Below are positions 34,005 to 40,986 of a stretch of 40,986 nt of DNA, piece by piece. The translations under genes were made by a program, and so were the position numbers. The notes beneath the pieces were generated by a model that did no database searches, was not told the origin of the DNA, and saw only the letters and a list, made by a program, of their open reading frames with translations. This DNA comes from Candidatus Binataceae bacterium (GTDB lineage: Bacteria; Desulfobacterota; Binatia; Binatales; Binataceae): NCBI GenBank assembly GCA_050736455.1, contig JBOHWF010000227.1, positions 1 through 40,986 of the forward strand, in the 5' to 3' direction. Each line of letters opens with the position of its first letter. Positions within the stretch are counted from its first letter, which is position 1.

Positions 34005-35345
34005 CTATTGTTTTAGACTCGGGGCGGGGCTCTTTACGCCGTTCCCCAATCGCGGCGATGGTGACGACGGCAACTGCAGGGCGACCACATCCCCGGGTGC
34101 GCCATGCATCAGCGGACCGGGCGCGAAGCTGTTTGTGGCCGGGTCGTAAAGCTCGGTTGAGGCCAGAGACGCCGTCCTGCAGTCGCTCAGGTTGTGTGAC
34201 GCGGAGCCTACGCCTCCGATGATCAGAATCTTGCCGGCATTAGGCCCCGAAGCGATCGCGATCGCGCCCTGTTCCGTGCGGCGCCAGCGCATCGGCGGTC
34301 CGGGCACAAAGCGATTGGTCGCCGGGTCATAGATCTCGGTCGAGGAGAGCGCACACACCTCCATCGAGTTCGGTTGATCGGCGCGATCATCTTGACCGCC
34401 AGCGATCAGAATTTTCCCGGCATTCGGACCCGAAGGGATAACTGTCGCAGTGTGAAAGGCACGCGCGAACTGCATAGTTGCGGTGGCGCCCGGCGGCGCG
34501 AAAGTGTTGGTCGCTGGGTCGTAAAGCTCGGTCGAACTGAGAGAAACGATTTCCCCCTTACGGTTCTCGGCTCGGCCGCCAGCCAACAGAATCTTTCCGG
34601 CGTCGGGACCAGCTGCTATCACCGTTGCAGTATGCGCCTCTCGGTTGGCGTTCATAGCGGGTCCGGCTATGAATGCGTTGGTTGCGGGATCGTAGAGCTC
34701 GGTCGCGGTGACTGGGTCATCCGCGCCGCCAGCGAATAGAACCTTTCCAGTGTTCGGTCCAGCGGAAATCAAAGTCGCAGTGTTCGAAATGCGACTATGC
34801 TCCAGTTCCGGCCCATGCGCGAAGATATTGGCGAAAGGATCGTAGAGATCCGTTGAATTGCCCTCAGCTAACAGAATCCATCCTCTCTTTGCCCCTACCG
34901 TGATCACCGTCGCGGTAAAGGTGTCACGAGTGTCATTCATGGTTGGCGCGTGGCTGAAGGTATCGGAGTCTGGATCGTAAATCTCAGTCGATGCGAGCAA
35001 ACCAAATTTTTCGTCGTATCCGCCGGCGACCAAAACTTTTCCAGTGTTTGGTCCTAGCGGGATAACGGTGGCGGCCGCCCCGAGGCGCTCCTGGTGCATC
35101 ACGGGACGCCGCGCAGTAAAGCGATTCGAAACCGGGTCATACAATTCGGCCACGAACGGGAGGCGGCGAATCCCCTGTTTCTCGCCACCAACAATCAGAA
35201 TCTGGCCCCAGGTGGGAGTTCCGGATGACGGAGCAGCCGCTGAAATCCCGCCGACACACCATCCAACTAGGATCACAGCAGTGATCGCGACCACTGGGCG
35301 CCACACTTTGGCGTACTGCTGTAGTGCGGTCAAAAGGAGGACCAT
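34005..35345 (-). CDS. Exported Kelch-type beta-propeller protein, copy 2
   Basis: N-terminal anchor/signal VVAITAVILVGWCVGGISAAA. It has 7 [ST]E[LI]YDPxxxxF...GPNxGKxLxAGG repeats. The C-terminus is about 80% identical by eye to copy 1. The ATG at 35345 lies 5 nt after the muramidase stop. Confidence 0.82.
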   Translation of the reverse strand: MVLLLTALQQYAKVWRPVVAITAVILVGWCVGGISAAAPSSGTPTWGQILIVGGEKQGIRRLPFVAELYDPVSNRFTARRPVMHQERLGAAATVIPLGPNTGKVLVAGGYDEKFGLLASTEIYDPDSDTFSHAPTMNDTRDTFTATVITVGAKRGWILLAEGNSTDLYDPFANIFAHGPELEHSRISNTATLISAGPNTGKVLFAGGADDPVTATELYDPATNAFIAGPAMNANREAHTATVIAAGPDAGKILLAGGRAENRKGEIVSLSSTELYDPATNTFAPPGATATMQFARAFHTATVIPSGPNAGKILIAGGQDDRADQPNSMEVCALSSTEIYDPATNRFVPGPPMRWRRTEQGAIAIASGPNAGKILIIGGVGSASHNLSDCRTASLASTELYDPATNSFAPGPLMHGAPGDVVALQLPSSPSPRLGNGVKSPAPSLKQ

Positions 35346-35350
35346 AAAAA

Positions 35351-36140
35351 TCACCGCCGCAAAAAAAGGTCCCGTTCAGCACGCCGCCGGCCCGGCAATC
35401 CGGCGGGATGATGAGTGCCGGAACGGACAAAGAATTTGAATTGGTCTGCAGCACCGAGATAGTCACCGGTAAATTCGCGCGGGCTGGTGCTGCCATTGAG
35501 CATTTTCAGCAATGTCGAATTCTCGACCTCCCTCTTTTTCACATTGAAGCAAAAGCTGACGAGCGCGTCGAATTGGTTTTGTGTGAGCGGAACACCCACC
35601 AATCGCTTGACCGCGTCTTTCGCGGTTTGCAGATCGGTTTCAAGAAGGCCCTCTGCCTCCTGTTCGCTAATTTGGGGTCTGAACTGGTCCTCTGAATGGG
35701 AATGATTAATCTTGCCACGATGCACGTAATGCCCGAAGCCAATGGTAGTGTTTTCCCCTCCATCATGGTCGTGCAAAGTCAGACTTAAGGCTTCCTGTTT
35801 CTCGATAAATTTGATCCCTGAAATATTCACGTACTTGTCGCTCGGCCCACTGAACTCCAACAGTTTACGGAACGTTTCGTCGCCCGGTTTGATCAAGCCT
35901 CGGAGCACCACCCAAGTTTCGACCCTGAAACTCGACTATTGCCCTGACCGTCTCCGAGTTGATCGAGCTTGTGAGCGGCAACAGGCGGTCGCTGCGGCCG
36001 CGCTTGATTATCTGCACGTTGAGCAGACCCTGCACCGTCTTTATATCGTTGGTGTCATTACCCCAAGGCAGCCGCGGAACTGAACCGAAATACTTCGGAT
36101 CTCCCACGGGGTTCGTAATGCGATTATTCAACGCTGGCAT
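35351..36140 (-). pseudogene. Endolysin-like GH24 muramidase, copy 2, interrupted by a 2-nt deletion
   Basis: The N-domain ORF (36140..35865) and catalytic ORF (35911..35351, KQEALSLTLHDHDGGENTTIGFGH) are in different frames. Against copy 1 (GATCAAGCCACTCGGAGC), copy 2 reads GATCAAGCC--TCGGAGC at about 35899/35900. Confidence 0.7.
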
Positions 36141-36286
36141 CTTGACACTCTCCTTCTGGTCGCCGTCCGCAGGCGGCAAAAGCCTTCCGAAGAGCGATAA
36201 CGGAAAAGTCGAGTCGTCGTAAGGATGAAATTCTTCATCCCGCGACGCGGTGAACGAAGCGGATTCGCGCTGCGCCTCAATTCTTA

Positions 36287-36340
36287 ACGCAGGTCGCAGA
36301 CTCGCTTGCTCGGCTTCGCGCCAACAGAAGGCGCTCCGCC
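36287..36340 (-). repeat. REP-like dispersed repeat, copy 3 (inverted, with a 10-nt longer central segment)
   Basis: ACGCAGGTCGCAGACTCGCTTGCTCGGCT...GCGCTCCGCC is the reverse complement of the 13001/13120 element. Its flanks (TGG... and ...TAAGAAT) also resemble those of copy 2. It starts 5 nt after the CoA-transferase stop. Confidence 0.65.
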
Positions 36341-36345
36341 TGGCT

Positions 36346-37557
36346 CTATGCGACGATCTTCGAGGCGCGCAGCATAGCGATTTCCGCGGGTGCGAGCTTG
36401 AGCTCGCGCAGCAGCTCGTCGGTGTGCTGGCCGAGGGTCGGCGCGAACTCGCGCAACTCCGACGGCGTCGCGCTGAAGCGCGCGGCCGGGCGCGGCTGGC
36501 GCATCGCGCCGGCCTGCGGATGCGTACTCTCGACGATCAGATGATTCGCCGCGACCTGCGGATCGCTGAACAGCTCCTCGCGCGACAGCACCGGCGCGCA
36601 CGGCACCTGCTCGGCGTCGAGCCGCGCGAGCCAGTCGGCGGACGATCGCTTGACGAGAACTTCCGCCATCAGCTCGAGCCGGGCGTCCGCATACTTGATC
36701 CGTCCCGCGGGAGTGTTGAAGCGTTCGTCGGCGAGCCATTCGGGACGCGCGAGCGCGCGGCACAGTCCCTCCCATTCCGAATCCGAGATCGCGCCGCAGG
36801 TGATGTAACCGTCCGCGGTCGCGAAGATCAGATCGCGCGTGTTCGCGGGGCGCGTCACGTTGTGAGCGGGATCGGTGAAGGTGTAGGCGGCCATCGATTC
36901 GGCCCAGTGAAAGGCGATCACCGCGTCGAGCATCGCGAGCCGCACGTGCTGTCCCAGGCCGGTGCGCTCTCGCGCCAGCAGCGCCGCAGTGATCGCCTGC
37001 GCCGCGGTGAGCGCGGTCACTTTGTCGGGCACAATCACGCGCATCATGCGCGGCCGCCCGTCCGGATCGGCCTGAATCGAAGCGAGCCCGGACAGCGCCT
37101 GGATCACCGGATCGTAGGTGCGCTTATGCACATACGGTCCGGCTTCGCCGAAACCGCTGATCGAGACGTAGATCAGGTCGGGCTTGATTTCGCGCAGGAC
37201 CGGTTCGCCGAGCCCCATCCGTTCGGCGGCGCCGGGGCGAAAATTCTGGATGAAAACGTCGGCGGTGCGAATCAATTGCTTGAGCAGCTCGACTCCGCGC
37301 GCCGTCTTGAGATCGATTACGACCGAGCGCTTGTTGCGATTGACGATAGCGAAGACCGGCGACATCCCGCGCCGCCGTCCGGCGAGCGCGCGCGTCAGAT
37401 CGCCGATACCCGGCGGCTCGACCTTGATCACGTCCGCGCCCTGATCGGCGAGCATCATGGTCGCCATCGGACCCGAGACCATCTGGGTGACGTCGATTAT
37501 GCGAAAGCCGTCGAGCGCTCCGGGCATGGGGTGCGCCTCCAGATCGGACAGTGACAC
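36346..37557 (-). CDS. CaiB/BaiF family III CoA-transferase
   Basis: 403 aa. GFRIIDVTQMVSGPMATMMLADQGADVIKVEPP is the family signature. Confidence 0.88.
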   Translation of the reverse strand: MSLSDLEAHPMPGALDGFRIIDVTQMVSGPMATMMLADQGADVIKVEPPGIGDLTRALAGRRRGMSPVFAIVNRNKRSVVIDLKTARGVELLKQLIRTADVFIQNFRPGAAERMGLGEPVLREIKPDLIYVSISGFGEAGPYVHKRTYDPVIQALSGLASIQADPDGRPRMMRVIVPDKVTALTAAQAITAALLARERTGLGQHVRLAMLDAVIAFHWAESMAAYTFTDPAHNVTRPANTRDLIFATADGYITCGAISDSEWEGLCRALARPEWLADERFNTPAGRIKYADARLELMAEVLVKRSSADWLARLDAEQVPCAPVLSREELFSDPQVAANHLIVESTHPQAGAMRQPRPAARFSATPSELREFAPTLGQHTDELLRELKLAPAEIAMLRASKIVA

Positions 37558-37634
37558 GATCCGGCAGCCGGGTGAAGCCGCGCGATGCGGCCGATCGATG
37601 GCGGCGTGGGCCCGCGACGCGAAAGAGATTTATG

Positions 37635-38255
37635 CTACCAGCGGCGGACGCGGCCGGTATCGACGTGGACGAAGCCGGAGCGGGGATAGAAGCCCACCCC
37701 GCCTTCAGCGAGTGCGAGCGCGGCGCGTCGCAGCAACGTGAGCTCGACGCCCGGCAGGTGGATGTCGGCGGCCTTGCCCTCGACGTGCATGCTGTGGCGG
37801 GCGACGCCCTCGGACTGCGCCGCGAGCCAGGCGTTGGTCGCGGCCGATCGATAGCCCGAGATCAGATCGAACGGCTGCGTCGCGCCGAGGTTGGCGTGCA
37901 ACTCGGAGAGCAGGTCGAGCAGGCGCGGGTCGATCGGCTTGACCTCGTTGGCGCGGAAATCGCGGAAGAAATAGTTGAGCTGGTGCAGCGCGTCCGGGAC
38001 GTATGCGCCGCGCTCCCAATAGACGGTGCGGATACTCTCGCCCGTGTGGACGTTGTTGAAGGCCAGCGCGCGCGGCGCGTTAGTGGCGTAATCGCGACGA
38101 CGCCCCGGGCGGAGCAGCGCCGGCCAGAGCTCGATCCATTCGCGCGCCGCGACCACGCCGGGAATCGCGATCAGCGCCGCGCCTGCCACTGCGCTCTTGA
38201 TAAAGGCGCGCCGGGCGATCGCCACGGCGGGAGGTTTTTGCGCTGCCAACTTCAT
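37635..38255 (-). CDS. Tat-exported DUF882 / peptidase M15 protein (YcbK/MepK-like peptidoglycan endopeptidase)
   Basis: Twin-arginine signal ARRAFIKSAVAGAALIA. It also has SGYRSAATN and the metal ligands in HSMHVEGKAADI and FVHVD. Confidence 0.82.
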   Translation of the reverse strand: MKLAAQKPPAVAIARRAFIKSAVAGAALIAIPGVVAAREWIELWPALLRPGRRRDYATNAPRALAFNNVHTGESIRTVYWERGAYVPDALHQLNYFFRDFRANEVKPIDPRLLDLLSELHANLGATQPFDLISGYRSAATNAWLAAQSEGVARHSMHVEGKAADIHLPGVELTLLRRAALALAEGGVGFYPRSGFVHVDTGRVRRW

Positions 38256-38346
38256 CGCGTTAACGCCACCGCCACCCCATCATTGCGATTGGGGCCTTTG
38301 CGGTTTCGTGTAAGTCAAGCACAAAGGCGGACCGGTTGGAACCGGC

Positions 38347-38646
38347 CTACTCGAAAACGATCTCGACCGACTCCAGATAGGCGGTCAGATTTTCCACGCA
38401 GCGCCGCACCGTCGCGAGATCCTGGTTGGTCGCGGCGCGTTCGATTTCGGCGCCAATCTCGCTGATCCGGTCGAAGCCGAAGCTGCCGCCCTCGCCCTTG
38501 ATCTTGTGCCCGATGCCGCGCAGGGCGGCATAGTCGGCGGTCGCCGCCGCCGCCATGATCTTGTCGGCGTCGAGCCGCTTGTTGGCGAGAAAGCCCGGCA
38601 TCAGATCGCTCAAGTCCGGATCGACCTGGATCATCAGTTTCTTCAC
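38347..38646 (-). CDS. Hpt (histidine phosphotransfer) domain protein
   Basis: The phospho-His motif is GHKIKGEGGSFG. The likely start is the GTG at 38646 with GGGGGA upstream, directly after the kinase stop. An ATG at 38634 is an alternative. Confidence 0.78.
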   Translation of the reverse strand: MKKLMIQVDPDLSDLMPGFLANKRLDADKIMAAAATADYAALRGIGHKIKGEGGSFGFDRISEIGAEIERAATNQDLATVRRCVENLTAYLESVEIVFE

Positions 38647-38647
38647 G

Positions 38648-40986
38648 TTATCCCCCGAGGTGCGAGCCGGTCGCGACCGCCGCGCCGACACGGCGCGATC
38701 CCCGCGGCGGACCGGTGAATTTACGAATCGCTTCGTGCAAGGCGGCCTTTTTGATCGGTTTGGTCAGATGCGCGTCGCATCCGGCCTCGAGGCTGCGGCG
38801 CTCGGCGTCGCCCAGCGCAGAGGCGGTCAGCGCAACGATCCGCACCGCGGCCAGACCGCGTTCGCGTTCCCATTGCCGGATCGTGCGGACGGCCGTGTAG
38901 CCATCGACGATCGGCATCTGCACATCCATCAGGACGAGATCGTACGGCGCTGCCTTCATCAGGTCGATCGCAATCTGGCCGTTTTCCGCGAACTCGAGCT
39001 GACAGGATAGATTCTTGAGGTAGGCTTCGATCAGCAGGCGATTGTCGGGCGAATCGTCGGCGACCAAAATCCGGATCGGCGCGCTGGTCAAACTAGTCGT
39101 CGCCGCAGTTACTGGTTGGGCGAAGCTACCGCCGGCGTCGTCGCCGGTGTAAAGCGGTGCGCGGCCGAGCGTCGCGTGGGCGGCGCTCGCGCTGCGGCGA
39201 TTGAGCGGCGTGCGCGGCGGGTCTGACTCGAACCCCTCCGGCAGGCCAAATCCGAGCGCGACCCGGAACGCGCTGCCCTTGCCGACCTCGCTCTCGACGC
39301 TTACCGCGCCATTCATCAGATCGACCAGCCGTTTCACGATCGCCAGGCCCAGGCCGCTGCCGCCGTATTTTCGCGCGGTCGAAGAGTCCGCCTGCGTGAA
39401 AGCTGAAAAAAGCTCGCAGAGCTGGACCGGCGGGATGCCGATGCCGGTGTCGGCAACGGTGAACTGCAACTCCGCGCGCGGCCGTAGCGCCGCGGTCCCG
39501 GCCCACTCGTCGCCGGCGGCTGCGCCGTTGCCACTTATTGCTGGAGCGCCGGCCGCATCGACCCTTAAAACAACTGCGCCGCGCTCAGTGAATTTGATCG
39601 CGTTACTCAGCAGATTGATCAGGATTTGGCGCAGGCGCAACTGATCGCCCAGCAGCCGGCGGGGCACTTGGGCCGCGACCCGCGCAGTCAGTTCCAGCGA
39701 CTTCTCGCGCGCGCGCAGTCCCAGCGTCTCGACCACGCCGTCGATTACCTCGCCGAGATCGAATTCCGCGCTTTCAAGATGCAACCGGCCGCTTTCAACC
39801 TTCGCCAGATCGAGGATGCCGTTGATCAACTCGAGCAGCGCGTTGCCGTTGCGGCGCATGGTCTCGACATAGCGCCGCTGCTCGTCATCGAGCGGCATCT
39901 CGGCCAGCAGCTCCGCCATGCCGAGAATCGCGTTCATCGGCGTGCGGATTTCATGCGACATGCTCGAGAGAAACTCGGTCTTGGCGCGCGACGCGGCGAG
40001 CGCGGCTTCGCGCGCGGCAACCAACTCGCGTTCCACCTTGCGCCGCTCAGTAATGTCGTGGGCGAAAGTGATGATGCAGGGCGTGCCGCGCAGTTCGGCG
40101 ACCACCGCGGACAGCACAACCGGCACGAGGTGACCGTCTCTGGCGCGCAATTCGACTTCGAGATTTCTAGCCACCCCCGAGGCCTTAAGGGTGCGCACCA
40201 TGCTTCTAAGCTGAGCCGGGTCCGGCCACAGGTTGAGGGCGGCGCCGGTCTGGCCTATCGCTTCCTCACGTGAATGGCCGAAGCGGCGGGTGAATTCCGC
40301 ATTGACGTCGAGCGTGATGCCGTCGGCGAGCCGGCTGACCGCGATCGTTTCCAGCGCGGTGTTATAGACCGTGCGCGCAATGCGCTCGTTCTCCTCGAGG
40401 CGCTCTTGTGTCGACTCGCGCTCGAGAATCTCCGCCCGCAGCCGGAGTTGGCTCTCCTGCAAGGCCGTGACCTGGGCGGAAAGCTGCGCGCGCGCCGCTT
40501 CCAACTCATGCTGTGACTGTTTGAGTTCGGTGATTTCGCGCGGGAACGTGACGATGTACGGCTCGCCGTTGATCTCGACCAGGCTGCCCGACAGCAGGGT
40601 TGGCGCGGTCACGCCGTCCTTGTGACGCACCAGGACTTCCATGTTGTGGACCACGCCCTCGGCTTTGAGCCGCCGCATGAACTCCGCGCGCTCGTCGGGA
40701 TTAACCCAGAGGCCGAGCTCAAGCGCGCGCTTACCGAGGATCTCTTCGCGGCTGTAGCCGAGCGTTTCGGGATTGCCGACCTCGATGAAAATCCCATCAG
40801 CCAGCGAACTCAGGCCGATGGCGTCGGGAACCGCATTGAAGATGGTCCGTAGCAGCCGCAGCTGCTCGCGTCCCTGCCGATCGAGCGCTTCGCGCTCGTC
40901 GGCTTCGCGTTGCCGTCGGCCAGGATCGAATTCGCCTTTTCCCGATGCTGGATCCTGGGGCGCAGAGGGAGGTTGAGGCTCCGCGC
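38648..40986 (-). CDS. PAS-domain hybrid sensor histidine kinase/response regulator; the 5' end lies outside the window
   Basis: H box [15 protein letters not shown] box [13 protein letters not shown] boxes DTGIGI and [10 protein letters not shown]. The C-terminal receiver has [13 protein letters not shown]...[13 protein letters not shown]. My translation of the same frame upstream of 40678 stays open to the window edge (...[41 protein letters not shown]...). The gene is therefore 5'-partial. Confidence 0.9.
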   Translation of the reverse strand, partial: AEPQPPSAPQDPASGKGEFDPGRRQREADEREALDRQGREQLRLLRTIFNAVPDAIGLSSLADGIFIEVGNPETLGYSREEILGKRALELGLWVNPDERAEFMRRLKAEGVVHNMEVLVRHKDGVTAPTLLSGSLVEINGEPYIVTFPREITELKQSQHELEAARAQLSAQVTALQESQLRLRAEILERESTQERLEENERIARTVYNTALETIAVSRLADGITLDVNAEFTRRFGHSREEAIGQTGAALNLWPDPAQLRSMVRTLKASGVARNLEVELRARDGHLVPVVLSAVVAELRGTPCIITFAHDITERRKVERELVAAREAALAASRAKTEFLSSMSHEIRTPMNAILGMAELLAEMPLDDEQRRYVETMRRNGNALLELINGILDLAKVESGRLHLESAEFDLGEVIDGVVETLGLRAREKSLELTARVAAQVPRRLLGDQLRLRQILINLLSNAIKFTERGAVVLRVDAAGAPAISGNGAAAGDEWAGTAALRPRAELQFTVADTGIGIPPVQLCELFSAFTQADSSTARKYGGSGLGLAIVKRLVDLMNGAVSVESEVGKGSAFRVALGFGLPEGFESDPPRTPLNRRSASAAHATLGRAPLYTGDDAGGSFAQPVTAATTSLTSAPIRILVADDSPDNRLLIEAYLKNLSCQLEFAENGQIAIDLMKAAPYDLVLMDVQMPIVDGYTAVRTIRQWERERGLAAVRIVALTASALGDAERRSLEAGCDAHLTKPIKKAALHEAIRKFTGPPRGSRRVGAAVATGSHLGG

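Noticed and set aside
36250-37554. 434-aa plus-strand ORF
   Set aside because: It is antisense to the CoA-transferase gene, which carries the family signature. Its product is extremely Arg-rich.
37551-38465. 304-aa plus-strand ORF
   Set aside because: It is antisense to the DUF882 and Hpt genes. It is Arg-rich and has no motifs.
1-40986. Search for CRISPR arrays, IS elements or transposases, integrases, toxin-antitoxin pairs, restriction-modification genes and rRNA genes
   Set aside because: I saw no regularly spaced short repeats. No ORF has a DDE, tyrosine-recombinase or serine-recombinase-like motif. There are no rRNA-like stretches.

Overview
This is a high-GC bacterial chromosomal segment, apparently from an uncultured soil or sediment lineage; taxonomy cannot be fixed from sequence alone. 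About 40 genes are supported, and most are housekeeping or catabolic. They are gcvPA/gcvPB; a divergent gcdH and LysR pair; a TetR and MFS pair; a D-aminoacylase; a PPOX flavoprotein; a JAMM peptidase; a DHOD-like protein; and three LLM-class oxidoreductases. The rest are a hydantoinase A/B pair, DUF924, a second LysR, GNAT, a TolC-CrcB-DUF190 operon, an alpha/beta hydrolase, a SAM methyltransferase, a family III CoA-transferase, a Tat-exported DUF882 peptidase, an Hpt protein and a PAS hybrid histidine kinase. The kinase runs off the right edge of the window. There is one tRNA-Glu(UUC). No CRISPR array, transposase, integrase or rRNA was seen.

Three things stand out.
1. At 30.8-36.2 kb there is a tandem array of gene pairs. 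Each pair is an endolysin-like GH24 muramidase with a PG-binding N-domain, followed by an exported 7-blade Kelch-type propeller. One muramidase copy is frameshifted and a third Kelch copy is decayed. The layout resembles a polymorphic effector-immunity array.
2. At 8.76-11.67 kb there is an orphan operon. It encodes a 736-aa Cys/Pro-rich protein with no recognisable domain, a DUF1360 membrane protein and an 88-aa protein.
3. In three separate places an inserted or duplicated gene block is bracketed by a degenerate copy of the 3' end of the upstream gene. A roughly 45-nt REP-like repeat also occurs three times.

Many long ORFs in the track are antisense shadows typical of high-GC DNA and were rejected.
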